The notes under the pieces: model-generated
What the model was told of the DNA's origin: nothing
Databases searched by the model: none
What the model saw: only the letters and a program-made list of their open reading frames with translations
Shown: piece by piece, positions 17,869 through 27,935 of the stretch
Layout of the letters: every line of letters begins with the position of its first letter
Position numbering within the stretch: position 1 is the first letter of the stretch
Origin: Spirochaetota bacterium
Lineage (GTDB): Bacteria > Spirochaetota > GWE2-31-10
Length of the DNA stretch: 63,978 nucleotides
Assembly (NCBI GenBank): GCA_045133795.1
Contig: JBGUUT010000115.1
Location: 1-63,978, forward strand
Reading direction: 5' to 3'
Program-made: the position numbers and the translations under genes

Positions 17869-18630
17869 ATGTTAAAAACTCGAATTATTCCTTGTCTTGA
17901 TGTAAACGACGGACGAGTAGTAAAAGGAATAAATTTTTTAAACTTAAGAGATGCCGGAGACCCGGTTGAATGTGCAAAGAGATATTCTGAATCCGGTGCG
18001 GATGAATTGGTATTTCTTGATATTACGGCAAGTTCCGACCGTAGAGAAACAATGGTAGAGACAATAAAGAAAGTCAGTGAAGTTACATTTATTCCGTTTA
18101 CTGTCGGCGGCGGAATAAAAAGTGTTTCGGATATAGAAAGAATTTTGCAAGCCGGTTCTGATAAAGTGTCTATTAATACACAGGCTGTTTTACATCCGGA
18201 ATTAATTACCGAAGGTGCTAAAAATTTTGGTTCACAATGTATTGTTGTTGCTGTAGATTCAAAAAATGTTGACGGCGAGGATATGGTTTTTATTTACGGC
18301 GGACGAACAAATACTGGCAAACGAGTTGTGGATTGGTGTCGAGAGTGCGAACAATTGGGGGCCGGCGAAATTTTGCTTACAAGCTGGGATAAAGACGGAA
18401 CAAAAAGTGGATTTGACAATGCGGCTCTTAAACGTGTTACAGACCAAATCAAAATCCCGGTGATAGCATCCGGCGGTGGCGGGAAAAAGGAACATTTTGT
18501 TTCTGCGGTAAAAGAAGGTAATGCGAGTGCACTTTTAGCGGCGAGTGTTTTTCATTTCGGCGAAATTGATATTATGGATTTAAAACGTTATATGGCAGAT
18601 AACGGAATTTCAGTAAGGTTGGATGTTTAA
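17869..18630 (+). CDS. hisF: imidazole glycerol phosphate synthase, cyclase subunit
   Basis: '[16 protein letters not shown]', '[11 protein letters not shown]', 'FTVGGGI', 'ASGGGG' and '[12 protein letters not shown]'. Confidence 0.92.
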   Translation: MLKTRIIPCLDVNDGRVVKGINFLNLRDAGDPVECAKRYSESGADELVFLDITASSDRRETMVETIKKVSEVTFIPFTVGGGIKSVSDIERILQAGSDKVSINTQAVLHPELITEGAKNFGSQCIVVAVDSKNVDGEDMVFIYGGRTNTGKRVVDWCRECEQLGAGEILLTSWDKDGTKSGFDNAALKRVTDQIKIPVIASGGGGKKEHFVSAVKEGNASALLAASVFHFGEIDIMDLKRYMADNGISVRLDV

Positions 18631-18650
18631 TTTTCTGAGGAGGATTTTTT

Positions 18651-19913
18651 TTGGAAAGTGAAATAGGTATATGGAATCTTATTTTGTTGGGAGTGTTATT
18701 GGTACTGTCTGCGTTTTTTTCGGCAAGTGAGACGGCTTTTACATCGATTAGTAAACTAAAAGTCAGACATATGCTGGACGCTAATGTAAAAGGTGCAAAA
18801 TATATTGCAAAAATCTTAGATAATCCTAATAAAATGCTGACTTCTATTTTGGTTGGGAATAATATCGTAAATATAACAATGACTTCTATTGCAACTGCAC
18901 TTACTATTCATTATTTCGGAGAGTCCGGAACCGGGATAGCAGCTGTTGTTACTACGATTTTTATTCTTTTATTTGGAGAGATTACTCCCAAAACTATTGC
19001 AAATGCTTTTCCGGAAAAGATTTGTTTGGGAATAGCTGTAATATTAAGATTAATTATATTGATTCTTACTCCGTTTGCTTTTGTTTTTTCTAGGATTTCG
19101 GACTTACTTTTGATTCTGTTAGGACGTAAAAACGGAAAAAAGAAAGTTTCGATAACTGAAGAAGAATTGAAAACCATGGTAAATGTTTCACAAGAAGAAG
19201 GGGTTCTTGAAACAGATGAACAAGAAATGATTTTTAATATTATAGAATTTAATGATACAGAAGTCGGTAAGATAATGACGCCTCGTACTGAAATTGTTGG
19301 TGTAGATATAAATGCAGGATATGACGAAGTTTTTCGTGTATTTAAAGAAAATCAATATTCCAGAATCCCGGTATACCAGAATTCTCTTGATGAAATTGTC
19401 GGGGTTCTGCATTTAAAAGATTTGGTTTTATTTGATAAAGACAAAAATGTTTATCACAATAAAAATTATATGAAAGAACCTTATATAACATGGGAAAATT
19501 TTAAAGTATCAGATGTGTTTAAAAAGATGAAAAGTTCAAAATGTACAATGGGGATTGTATTGGATGAATATGGCGGAACAGCCGGAATTGTTACAATTGA
19601 AGATTTTGTAGAAGAAATAGTCGGCGATATTAATGATGAATATGATGAATATGATAATAAGAAAATTAGTATAATCAGTGAAAATGTAATATTGGCGGAT
19701 GGTTTAGCAGAAATCAATGATATTAATGATAAGCTGGATGTAAATTTAAGTAATGAACGCTTCAATACTATAGGCGGTTTTGTAACCGGAGAATTAGGTA
19801 AGTTCCCTCTTAAAGGCGACACTCTTATTTATAATGATATAATTGAGTTTGTTGTGGAATCTGCCGGAAAAAATAAAGTAGAGAAAGTCAAAATCTCAAA
19901 ATTGCAACAATGA
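18651..19913 (+). CDS. CNNM/DUF21 + CBS pair + CorC_HlyC family protein (TlyC/CorC-type hemolysin-like transporter)
   Basis: The N-terminal 4-TM region 'FFSASETAFTS' is a DUF21 landmark. 'IMTPRTEIV' begins the CBS pair, and there is a C-terminal CorC_HlyC-like 'FNTIGGFV...G..P..GD'. TTG start at 18651 lies 6-7 nt after GAGGAGGA. Confidence 0.85.
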   Translation: MESEIGIWNLILLGVLLVLSAFFSASETAFTSISKLKVRHMLDANVKGAKYIAKILDNPNKMLTSILVGNNIVNITMTSIATALTIHYFGESGTGIAAVVTTIFILLFGEITPKTIANAFPEKICLGIAVILRLIILILTPFAFVFSRISDLLLILLGRKNGKKKVSITEEELKTMVNVSQEEGVLETDEQEMIFNIIEFNDTEVGKIMTPRTEIVGVDINAGYDEVFRVFKENQYSRIPVYQNSLDEIVGVLHLKDLVLFDKDKNVYHNKNYMKEPYITWENFKVSDVFKKMKSSKCTMGIVLDEYGGTAGIVTIEDFVEEIVGDINDEYDEYDNKKISIISENVILADGLAEINDINDKLDVNLSNERFNTIGGFVTGELGKFPLKGDTLIYNDIIEFVVESAGKNKVEKVKISKLQQ

Positions 19914-20061
19914 GTAAAAGTTGAATTAAAATAACAATACTTATTTTACTATGTATAATAAATATATATACTTTTCGCATTTTATTCCCCTTTTATGTTG
20001 CAAATCGAATAATTTTTCAATATAACCACCTTAGTTTTTATTGAGAAAGAGAGGTTATTCT

Positions 20062-21723
20062 ATGTCTAAATATTTAAAGTATCCTACAGTCGATCTTCCT
20101 AATAGAAAATGGCCAAATGCTTCTATAGAAAAAGCTCCGACATGGTGTAGTGTTGATTTGCGTGACGGAAATCAAGCATTAGCAACACCGATGTGTCTGG
20201 AAGAAAAATTAGATTTTTTCAAGTTACTTGTTGGTATAGGTTTTAAAGAAATTGAGGTTGGTTTTCCGTCTGCCAGTCAGATTGAATATGATTTTTTACG
20301 TCATTTAATTGATAATAATCTTGTTCCGGATGATGTTTATTTACAGATTTTGACACAAGCACGTGAGGAATTGATAGATAAATCTTTTGAAAGTCTTGCG
20401 GGAGCGAAGAAAGCAATTATACATTTGTACAATTCGACATCCGAACAGCAACGTAGAATAACTTTTAAGAAATCAAAAGAGGAAATAAAAGCAATTGCAT
20501 TGCATGGTGTTGATTTGATTCTGGAACGTCTTGACAGATTGCCGGAAACAGAGCTTCTTTTAGAATATTCTCCGGAAAGTTTTACGGGAACAGAACTTGA
20601 TTATGCATTAGAAGTTTGTGAAGCTGTTGTAGAACGTTGGAGAACAAAACAATCAAGTCGTGTGATAATTAATTTGCCGTCTACGGTTGAAATGTCTACA
20701 CCGAATGTTTTTGCCGACAGAGTAGAATGGTTTTTAGAAAATTTCAGTAATCGTGATAACATTATTTTAAGTGTACATCCGCATAATGACCGAGGATGTG
20801 CTGTAGCTACAGCAGAATTGGCATTACTTGCAGGGGCGGACAGAATTGAAGGAACTTTATTTGGTAACGGAGAAAGAACCGGAAATCTCGATATTATAAC
20901 TACAGGGCTTAATATGTATACGCAGGGTGTAAATCCGGAACTTGATTTATTTAATGTTCCGGTTTTATCAGAAAATTATCAGAAGTTTACTAAAATGGAG
21001 ATTCCGCCGCGTCAACCGTATGCCGGAGATTTAGTATTTACAGCTTTTTCCGGTTCTCATCAGGATGCTATTAAAAAAGGTATGGATTTACTTGCGGAAA
21101 AAGAAGAAGATTGCGTATGGGATGTTCCTTATTTACCTATTAATCCAAAAGATATCGGCCGTTCTTATGAGGCAATTATCAGAATTAACAGCCAGAGCGG
21201 AAAGGGAGGAATCGCATATGTAATGGAAAAAGAATATTCATTGATTATTCCTAAAAATATGCAACCTCAATTACGTGAAGTTGTACAGGCTTATTCTGAT
21301 TCAGTTGTTCATGAACTGTCACCTAAGGAAATATATGATATCTTGCGTAAAGAGTTTATCGATTTAGAACAGCCGTACAAGTTGTTGAATTATAAATTAC
21401 AGACAGATTCTGTTACGGGCGAAGTTGTATTTGTCGGTGAATTGCAAATAAGTCAGACTTCGATTTCTATTTCCGGAAGCGGAATCGGAGCAATGGATGC
21501 GTTTATAAATTCTTTAGCTAATGTAATAACTTCAAACTTGGAAGTCGTAGAGTATCACGAACAGGCTCTTAATTCCGGAACAAATGCTGTTGCAGTAACG
21601 TTTTTAGCATTGAAAATAGATGATGAAGAAGCTTGTTGGGCTGGTGGTTACGGAAGTGACAGTTCACTTGTTAATTTTACGGCAATATTGAATTGTATCA
21701 ATAGAAAAAATATTAATGCGTAG
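20062..21723 (+). CDS. leuA: 2-isopropylmalate synthase (long LeuA type)
   Basis: 'APTWCSVDLRDGNQAL', 'EVGFPSAS', 'LSVHPHNDRGCAVA' and 'GTLFGNGERTGN', plus a C-terminal LeuA dimerisation/regulatory region. ATG at 20062 follows AGAGAGG. Confidence 0.9.
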   Translation: MSKYLKYPTVDLPNRKWPNASIEKAPTWCSVDLRDGNQALATPMCLEEKLDFFKLLVGIGFKEIEVGFPSASQIEYDFLRHLIDNNLVPDDVYLQILTQAREELIDKSFESLAGAKKAIIHLYNSTSEQQRRITFKKSKEEIKAIALHGVDLILERLDRLPETELLLEYSPESFTGTELDYALEVCEAVVERWRTKQSSRVIINLPSTVEMSTPNVFADRVEWFLENFSNRDNIILSVHPHNDRGCAVATAELALLAGADRIEGTLFGNGERTGNLDIITTGLNMYTQGVNPELDLFNVPVLSENYQKFTKMEIPPRQPYAGDLVFTAFSGSHQDAIKKGMDLLAEKEEDCVWDVPYLPINPKDIGRSYEAIIRINSQSGKGGIAYVMEKEYSLIIPKNMQPQLREVVQAYSDSVVHELSPKEIYDILRKEFIDLEQPYKLLNYKLQTDSVTGEVVFVGELQISQTSISISGSGIGAMDAFINSLANVITSNLEVVEYHEQALNSGTNAVAVTFLALKIDDEEACWAGGYGSDSSLVNFTAILNCINRKNINA

Positions 21724-21750
21724 TTTTAAGGTTTAGATTATTATAGTTTA

Positions 21751-21785
21751 GCGTCACATATTAATTATGTGGCGTTAATTTTTTT
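21751..21785 (+). terminator. rho-independent terminator after leuA
   Basis: gcgtcacata-ttaat-tatgtggcg stem (one G-T pair) followed by TTAATTTTTTT. Confidence 0.65.
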
Positions 21786-22268
21786 ATGTGTATAGGAATG
21801 AATATGAATGGAATTGTAGTTTACGGAACTTTTCACGGAAGTACTAAAAAATGTGCAGAACAGTTGGCGGAGTTAACAGGTTTTTCAATTATAGATGCAA
21901 AAACTGCATTAGATACGGATTTTTCACAGTATGATAAGATTGTTATCGGAAGTGCATTACAAGGTTTTAAAGTACATCCGGATGTTGAAAAGCTTGTAGA
22001 TATAAAAGGAAAAGATTTTACATCGCAGAAAACTTATTTTTTTCAAGTAAGTGTAACAGCAAAAACTCCTAAATATTTTCAAAAGAAATTGGGAGATATA
22101 AAGGTCGCGTTTTTTGGCGGAAAGATTGATTGGAATACTTTAAGCTTTTCAGAACGTGTCATTATTTCCATAATTTCGCTTATTTGCAGAAAGAGTTTAA
22201 AAAATTTTGATAATGTCCAAGATAAGCGAATAAAAAAACTTGCGACAGAAATTATTAATAAATCATAA
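21786..22268 (+). CDS. flavodoxin-like fold protein
   Basis: 'IVVYGTFHGSTKKCAEQLAE' and 'IVIGSAL' resemble the flavodoxin/HemG-like N-terminus. The true start is possibly ATG 21798 or 21804 (AGGA upstream). Confidence 0.55.
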   Translation: MCIGMNMNGIVVYGTFHGSTKKCAEQLAELTGFSIIDAKTALDTDFSQYDKIVIGSALQGFKVHPDVEKLVDIKGKDFTSQKTYFFQVSVTAKTPKYFQKKLGDIKVAFFGGKIDWNTLSFSERVIISIISLICRKSLKNFDNVQDKRIKKLATEIINKS

Positions 22269-22300
22269 AGAAGCTGTCTCAAAAAATTGTCCGACAGAAT

Positions 22301-22343
22301 TTATTTCAGTATCTATATTAATAAGGTATAGATACTGAAATAA
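22301..22343. terminator. perfect 17-bp inverted repeat between convergent genes (bidirectional terminator candidate)
   Basis: ttatttcagtatctata (22301..22317) pairs with tatagatactgaaataa (22327..22343) across a 9-nt loop. An outer ctgtct/agacag pairing flanks it. Confidence 0.6.
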
Positions 22344-22365
22344 TCTTAGAAAGACAGTCACTTTT

Positions 22366-23022
22366 TTAAATTAAACCGCTTTTATAAAAGCTGAAATAGC
22401 CGTTAGAACTTACAATTAAATGTTCCAGTACATTAATTCCGATTATATCTCCAATTTTTTTTATTTTAGACGTTGTGTTAATATCTTCTTTGCTTGGCGT
22501 AGTGTCGCCGGAGGGGTGATTGTGAACTAAAATTATAGAAGAAGCTCTGTCCTTTATTGCATGATGAAAAATCTCTCGTGGGTGAATAATACTTTGGTTT
22601 ATAGTCCCGACAAAAAGAATTCTTTTTCTTATTACGCAAGAAGCACCGTTTAAAGTTATTAACATAAAGTGTTCTTGCTTTTTCTTTGCAATATTAAAGG
22701 ATAATTTGTAGATGTCGGCAGCTCGCAGTATCGATTTTTCGGAATCGGATTTTAGCCGTTTCATTAATTCCAAAATTGCCAGAATTTTCGTGGCTTTTAT
22801 GCCTCCGATTCCTTTAATTGATAATAATTTTTTTAATGAAATCTTTTCGGTTTCATATTTCAGCATTTTTGCCAGTTTATTAGATATTTGTACCACATCT
22901 TTTTGCGGTGTTCCGGATTGAAGTATTAAAACGAGAAGCTCGGTTATGGTGAGTGATTGAACTCCCAGCAGTTTTAATTTTTCTCGTAGTTTAATAGACG
23001 GAATAATTTTTTCATTTGACAT
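22366..23022 (-). CDS. radC: RadC-family JAB/MPN domain protein
   Basis: The N-terminal 'LTITELLVLILQSGT' and 'IKGIGGIKATKILAILEL' form an HhH region. C-terminal JAMM motif 'IILVHNHPSGDTTPSKEDI'. Confidence 0.85.
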   Translation of the reverse strand: MSNEKIIPSIKLREKLKLLGVQSLTITELLVLILQSGTPQKDVVQISNKLAKMLKYETEKISLKKLLSIKGIGGIKATKILAILELMKRLKSDSEKSILRAADIYKLSFNIAKKKQEHFMLITLNGASCVIRKRILFVGTINQSIIHPREIFHHAIKDRASSIILVHNHPSGDTTPSKEDINTTSKIKKIGDIIGINVLEHLIVSSNGYFSFYKSGLI

Positions 23023-23127
23023 TTTGTTTCTCCATACCTGTTTTAATTAAAAAAAGTTTTTTTTTATTGCACGATATGGAGATTTTTTACCATTTATTCT
23101 CTTTTAGCATTGTCAAAAGGATTTAAA

Positions 23128-24729
23128 TTACTTTCCAAGTTCTTTTGCTTTCTCAATATGAATGTGATTTTTGCCTTTTTTGTGACGGAATGTATCTATA
23201 ATAGTATTTGCATCGTCAGCAGAAACTGTCATAAAAGAAAATTTATCGAAAACCGCAACATCATTAATTGCTTTTGCCGGAATTCTCGTTTCAGAACAAA
23301 TAAGTTCCACTAATTTTTTAGGATTAATTTTGTCTTTTTTTCCTAAAGCAATAAATAGACGTGCTTTTTCACTTTTCTTGCTTTTTACTTGTCGAATTTG
23401 AGCGTAGCTTTTTTCTTCCAATTCGTCATCTAACGTAAATTGCATAACAGCGGCAATTAAATCTTCAAGATTTCTGCCTTCATCTTCGCAAGTTAAAAGT
23501 AGGTCACGAGCAAAATCCTGACAACCTTTAGAAATACCTTTTTCCATAATTTCTATAATTTGGTTACGAATACGTTCTTTTTTGGCTTCGATAACTTCGT
23601 TAATTTCAGGAACTTGTTGTTTTTTTATATCTGTTTTTGCAACACGTTTAATAAACATCAATTTTCTGTATTCATCAGGAGTCACAAATGTTATAGCAGT
23701 ACCTTCTTTTCCTGCACGTCCGGTTCGACCGATTCTGTGAACGTAAGCTTCCGGGTCTTGAGGCAATGAATAATTAATAACATGAGTTAAGTTGTTTACA
23801 TCGATTCCGCGAGCTGCAACATCTGTAGCGACAAGAATAGTCAGTTTTTTGTTTTTAAATCTGGTTAGAACTTTTTCTCGTTGAATTTGAGTTATGTCTC
23901 CGTGAATAGCTTCGGCATCATAACCTCTGTCAATTAAACGGGTAGTAGTAGTGTCGACATCGTGTTTTGTTCTACAGAAAATAATTCCGTAGAAGTCAAT
24001 TTCCATATCAAGAATTCTGCAAAGTGCTTCAAATTTATCACGCTCAGAAACTTCAAAATAAATTTGTTCTGTTAAATCCGTAGTTACGGCTTTTTTCTGA
24101 ATTTTAATAACCTTATGGTCTTTCATGTATTTTTTTGCAATTCGCATAATTTCTTGCGGCATTGTTGCACTAAAAAGTAGTACACGACGTTGTTCCGGTG
24201 TCTGAGCTAATATTTTTTCGACATCTTCGATGAATCCCATATTCAACATTTCATCGGCTTCATCTAAAATCATAAATTGCAAGTTATCAAGTTTTAATGT
24301 TCCACGTTCCAAGTGGTCGATAATTCGCCCCGGAGTTCCTACAATTATGTGAATTCCGCCTTTTTTTAAATGTTTAATTTGCAGTTCAATACCTTGTCCG
24401 CCGTAAACCGGTAAAACTTTGAGTTTTTTATTTCCTTTGAGAGAGTTTATTTCATCGGCAACTTGTAACGCTAATTCTCGTGTCGGAGTTAAAACCAAAG
24501 CTCCGATTTGATTTGATTTTTCATCCAAACGCTCGATAATAGGAATCCCAAATGCAGCGGTTTTTCCGGTACCGGTCTGTGCTTGACCGACTAAATCAGT
24601 ATCTCCATTTAATAAAAGAGGAATTGTTTGTTCTTGAATTTGAGAAGGTTCTTCGAAGCCTTTAGCTTCTAAAGCCTTTAATATATTTTCAGATAATCCC
24701 ATTGCTGCAAATTTTTCTAGTTTTTCCAT
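23128..24729 (-). CDS. DEAD-box ATP-dependent RNA helicase with C-terminal DbpA-type RNA-binding extension
   Basis: Q-motif 'GFEEPSQIQ', 'AQTGTGKT', 'PTRELA', 'LDEADEML', 'SAT', 'VATDVAARGID' and 'HRIGRTGRAG'. Confidence 0.9.
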   Translation of the reverse strand: MEKLEKFAAMGLSENILKALEAKGFEEPSQIQEQTIPLLLNGDTDLVGQAQTGTGKTAAFGIPIIERLDEKSNQIGALVLTPTRELALQVADEINSLKGNKKLKVLPVYGGQGIELQIKHLKKGGIHIIVGTPGRIIDHLERGTLKLDNLQFMILDEADEMLNMGFIEDVEKILAQTPEQRRVLLFSATMPQEIMRIAKKYMKDHKVIKIQKKAVTTDLTEQIYFEVSERDKFEALCRILDMEIDFYGIIFCRTKHDVDTTTTRLIDRGYDAEAIHGDITQIQREKVLTRFKNKKLTILVATDVAARGIDVNNLTHVINYSLPQDPEAYVHRIGRTGRAGKEGTAITFVTPDEYRKLMFIKRVAKTDIKKQQVPEINEVIEAKKERIRNQIIEIMEKGISKGCQDFARDLLLTCEDEGRNLEDLIAAVMQFTLDDELEEKSYAQIRQVKSKKSEKARLFIALGKKDKINPKKLVELICSETRIPAKAINDVAVFDKFSFMTVSADDANTIIDTFRHKKGKNHIHIEKAKELGK

Positions 24730-24930
24730 GATTAATTATTCCTATCCCTTGAGCTTATTTTTAAGCCTAAAAGTTTATATTTTGTACGAATTGATTTTTT
24801 TATGTTCCGAGTAATTTAAAAAGAAAATTATTGAGGATAAAATCGTAGTAAAAAATCGTTCGATTTATACGGTTTTATTCAGTGAATGTCAATCTTTTGA
24901 TTTAGAATAAGGTATTAAAGATAATGTGAA

Positions 24931-25380
24931 TTAACCAATCCAACTGTACAAGTCACGTTTATAAACAATTAATTCATCTGGAGAAAAGAAATTGTTTATT
25001 TCACGTTCAGCACTTTCCGGAGAATCGGAAGTGTGTACAACATTGCTGGCAATATGAATTACGTAGTCTCCACGAATTGTTCCGGGTGCGGCATCTTCAA
25101 CTTTTGTTGCACCGGCAAGTTTTCGAGCAATACGAATTGCATTTTCAGCTTCCAGAACAAGAACAACACATGGAGAAGAAATTATAAATTCTACCAAGTC
25201 ATTAAAAAAAGGTTTGTTTTTATGTTCCATATAATGATATTCTGCTTTCTCTTTGGAAATCATTATCATTTTCATGGCAACAAATTTCAAACCTTTTTTC
25301 TCAAAACGTGAAAGAATCTCTCCTGTGATACCTCGTTGAATACAATCCGGTTTTAAAATTACAAGAGTTCTTTCTAGCAT
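24931..25380 (-). CDS. ndk: nucleoside-diphosphate kinase
   Basis: 'ERTLVILKPD', 'GTIRGD' and 'NVVHTSDS' (active-site His). Confidence 0.92.
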   Translation of the reverse strand: MLERTLVILKPDCIQRGITGEILSRFEKKGLKFVAMKMIMISKEKAEYHYMEHKNKPFFNDLVEFIISSPCVVLVLEAENAIRIARKLAGATKVEDAAPGTIRGDYVIHIASNVVHTSDSPESAEREINNFFSPDELIVYKRDLYSWIG

Positions 25381-25384
25381 AATA

Positions 25385-25654
25385 TTATAGACCGTATTTT
25401 GCTTTAATTTCTGCTTCAGCTTCTAACCAGTCTGTTAAGCTATTACCTTCTTTACCGTTTTTTTGTCTTTCTTCAAACAATGCATAAGATCTTTTTTCAA
25501 CTTCTGAAATAAAATCTTCTTTAGAAATAGCAACAGTTGCAGCTGCTTTCTTTGTTGTTGTTTTTCTAGTTGTTGTCTTTTTTACGGTTTCAGTAGTAGC
25601 TTCTTTTTTTACATCTTCAGTTGTTGATGTTTCTGCTGTTTTTCTTTTAGCCAT
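25385..25654 (-). CDS. small T/K-rich protein with DUF2934-like C-terminus
   Basis: The C-terminal 'RSYALFEERQKNGKEGNSLTDWLEAEAEI' resembles the DUF2934 'W..AE.E' pattern. The N-terminal half is low-complexity Thr/Lys. The stop is 4 nt before the ndk start. Confidence 0.45.
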   Translation of the reverse strand: MAKRKTAETSTTEDVKKEATTETVKKTTTRKTTTKKAAATVAISKEDFISEVEKRSYALFEERQKNGKEGNSLTDWLEAEAEIKAKYGL

Positions 25655-25778
25655 AATTCAAAACTCCTTTTACTTATTCCTTTGTAAAATAGTATTAACC
25701 TTTTTCTTAAGGTACAAAACGCAAGTACTTATACTTAAAATAAAAATAAATTGCAAATATTTCTTTATTCTAGGCGTA

Positions 25779-26759
25779 CTAATAACCAATGGTAATTAAA
25801 ATCTTACCGAGTGAATATTCTTGCTTTGTTGATTTTTCAAAAACCCATTTGCAAAACTGTCTGCGAATATCTTCATCCCACATAGAATTGCCGGAACTTT
25901 TTACGATATTTGCATTTCTGATATATCCGTTAGAATCTACATCGAAGTTAATTTCTATAACAAACTTCAGACCGGCTTTTTTTATATCTTCCGGCACTTC
26001 AATTGCATCAGAAAATAATAAACCACGTGCACCTCCGCCGTTCCATTCAATATCTTTTCCGTTTGTAGCGTTATTATTGGTTGCATTTTCATTTTTACTT
26101 TTACTGTCTTTATCGTTATTTTCAGGAGACAAACTGCTTAAATTTTCAGCAAACAATGCTTCTGAAAAATCAAAATCCGGTAAAATTTCGGCAGAACTTT
26201 GGTTGTCATTAAAAAAGTCGTTTTCTAATTTTAGTTTTTCTTCTATCTGTTGGTTTTCTAATTCAGTCACGATATCATTTTCAATAGTAACGGGAGTATT
26301 TTCCGGTACTTCAACATTTTCGGAAGGTTGAGTTTTTTCTTGCTTTGGAATAATTTCTTCCTTTATTGGAGATTTTGAAGGCGTAGATGAAACTTCCGTT
26401 TTTTTTATGGTTTTATGATTTTTTTGTACGGATTGATTTTTTATGTCTGGTTTGGAGTTAGCTGCTGAAGTTTTTTGTTTAATATTTTTAGGTGAAATTA
26501 TTTTCTTTTCAGGTATCACTTGTTTCTTTGTCGGTGCATTTTCTTTTTTTGAAGAGGTTGCTTTATTGTTACCGGATTTTTCTTGTGACACACTGAGATG
26601 TTCTTGTACTAATCTGACGGTCATAACTCTGTTTTCTTCTTTTGGAACATCATTTTTTAAATGAGAACTTAAGAAAATAAGAAAGATATGAAAAAGAATT
26701 GATAAAAATATTGCCCAACCTAAACGTTGTTCTTGTGATTTGGCTTCTTTATCATTCAT
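25779..26759 (-). CDS. TonB-family energy transducer (N-terminal anchor, long K/E/P/S/N-rich linker, TonB_C-like domain)
   Basis: TM 'LGWAIFLSILFHIFLIFL'. The C-terminal 'GLKFVIEINFDVDSNGYIRNANIVKSSGNSMWDEDIRRQFCKWVF' resembles TonB_C. The start overlaps the exbD stop by 1 nt. Confidence 0.65.
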   Translation of the reverse strand: MNDKEAKSQEQRLGWAIFLSILFHIFLIFLSSHLKNDVPKEENRVMTVRLVQEHLSVSQEKSGNNKATSSKKENAPTKKQVIPEKKIISPKNIKQKTSAANSKPDIKNQSVQKNHKTIKKTEVSSTPSKSPIKEEIIPKQEKTQPSENVEVPENTPVTIENDIVTELENQQIEEKLKLENDFFNDNQSSAEILPDFDFSEALFAENLSSLSPENNDKDSKSKNENATNNNATNGKDIEWNGGGARGLLFSDAIEVPEDIKKAGLKFVIEINFDVDSNGYIRNANIVKSSGNSMWDEDIRRQFCKWVFEKSTKQEYSLGKILITIGY

Positions 26760-27172
26760 TATGATTTCCTGTCTAATGCTAAATCAATGCTGTCGTAACC
26801 GTGTTCTTTTAGAATATCCATAACTTGAATCAGTAATTCATATTCAATGCTTTTATTTCCATATAAAATAACGGATTTCTGACCAGTTGCAGGATTCACT
26901 TCGGATTTTGATAAAAGCTGTGAAAAATTTACCAAAGTTGTTTTTTTTGAGCCAACCAAGATATTCTTTTTATTTAGAATAGTTATTTTAAGCGGAGTTT
27001 CAGCAATCTTTGATAAATTTTCAGCTTTCGGCAATTCAAATTCCATTCCGGTAGTTATTTTTACTTGTGTTGCCAGCATGAAGAAAATAATTAATTGAAA
27101 AACAATATCAATCATCGGAGCCATATCCAAGACAACTTTTGTTTTTAATCTTCGGGTAAATTTTATTGCCAC
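26759..27172 (-). CDS. exbD: biopolymer transport protein ExbD/TolR
   Basis: 'DMAPMIDIVFQLIIFFM' single TM containing the conserved Asp. Size and position, after exbB, fit. Confidence 0.8.
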   Translation of the reverse strand: MAIKFTRRLKTKVVLDMAPMIDIVFQLIIFFMLATQVKITTGMEFELPKAENLSKIAETPLKITILNKKNILVGSKKTTLVNFSQLLSKSEVNPATGQKSVILYGNKSIEYELLIQVMDILKEHGYDSIDLALDRKS

Positions 27173-27173
27173 T

Positions 27174-27803
27174 TCAGCCTCTTTTTTCTTGTTTTACTAA
27201 CATTTGAATAAGGTCGTTTGCTTGAATTTCTAATTTCAAAATCATATTGTTCACTTTATTTGTATAGTGATTATAAACAACGGTAGACGGAATTGCTACG
27301 ACTAAACCGAATGCTGTAGTTAATAATGCCTTTGAAATCCCTTGTGCCAATTGCTCCATATTACCTAATGCGGCTCCGGCTCCGATGACACCGAATGTTT
27401 CCATGTTTCCCATTACGGTCCCTAACAGTCCTAGTAGAGGTGCAATACCGGCGATAGAACCTAAAGTTGTTAAAAATTTTTCTAATTTCGGAATCTCAAG
27501 ACTGGCAGCATCTTGTATTGCATCTTGAATTCTATTTTCGCCTTCTTCTCGATGTTTAATTCCGGCTTTTACCAAATTTGTTACCGGAGAATTTTTAGAA
27601 TCACAGATAGCAAGAACTTCCTCGTAGTGTTTTTGTGAAATAGCATTTGCTATGCGACTCAACAATTTATCAGTTCCCATATTGATTTTTTTGTAATAGA
27701 AAAAACGTTCCAAAGTAATTGCTAAAGCAATAATCGAACATAAAAAAATCGCAGACATAATGAAAGGCCCGCCGTCAATGAAAAGCTTTAATATATCTTT
27801 CAT
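27174..27803 (-). CDS. exbB: MotA/TolQ/ExbB proton-channel protein
   Basis: 'LGSIAGIAPLLGLLGTVMGNMETF' and 'ISKALLTTAFGLVVAIPSTVVYN' are the family-defining TM2/TM3 motifs. Confidence 0.85.
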   Translation of the reverse strand: MKDILKLFIDGGPFIMSAIFLCSIIALAITLERFFYYKKINMGTDKLLSRIANAISQKHYEEVLAICDSKNSPVTNLVKAGIKHREEGENRIQDAIQDAASLEIPKLEKFLTTLGSIAGIAPLLGLLGTVMGNMETFGVIGAGAALGNMEQLAQGISKALLTTAFGLVVAIPSTVVYNHYTNKVNNMILKLEIQANDLIQMLVKQEKRG

Positions 27804-27871
27804 GTTTCCTCCGTAAGATTAAACTTGATTAATAGAAAAAATATCGTCAAAAAATAAAAAAGGCTAAGTGA

Positions 27872-27911
27872 AAAATAAAAAACCCTTTAACAGAATTAAT
27901 CTATTAAAGGG
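27872..27911 (-). terminator. rho-independent terminator after the polyacidic-protein gene
   Basis: The minus strand reads cccttTAA-tagattaattctg-TTAaaggg followed by a long T-run. It lies 25 nt past the stop at 27936. Confidence 0.65.
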
Positions 27912-27935
27912 TAAAATAGCTAAAAAACTAAACGA

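Noticed and set aside
25789-26331. 180-aa plus-strand ORF antisense to the TonB-like gene
   Set aside because: It lies entirely within the low-complexity linker region of the minus-strand gene. Its translated sequence is Ser/Phe/Leu-rich with no start context. I read it as a by-product of the repetitive K/E/N codons on the other strand.
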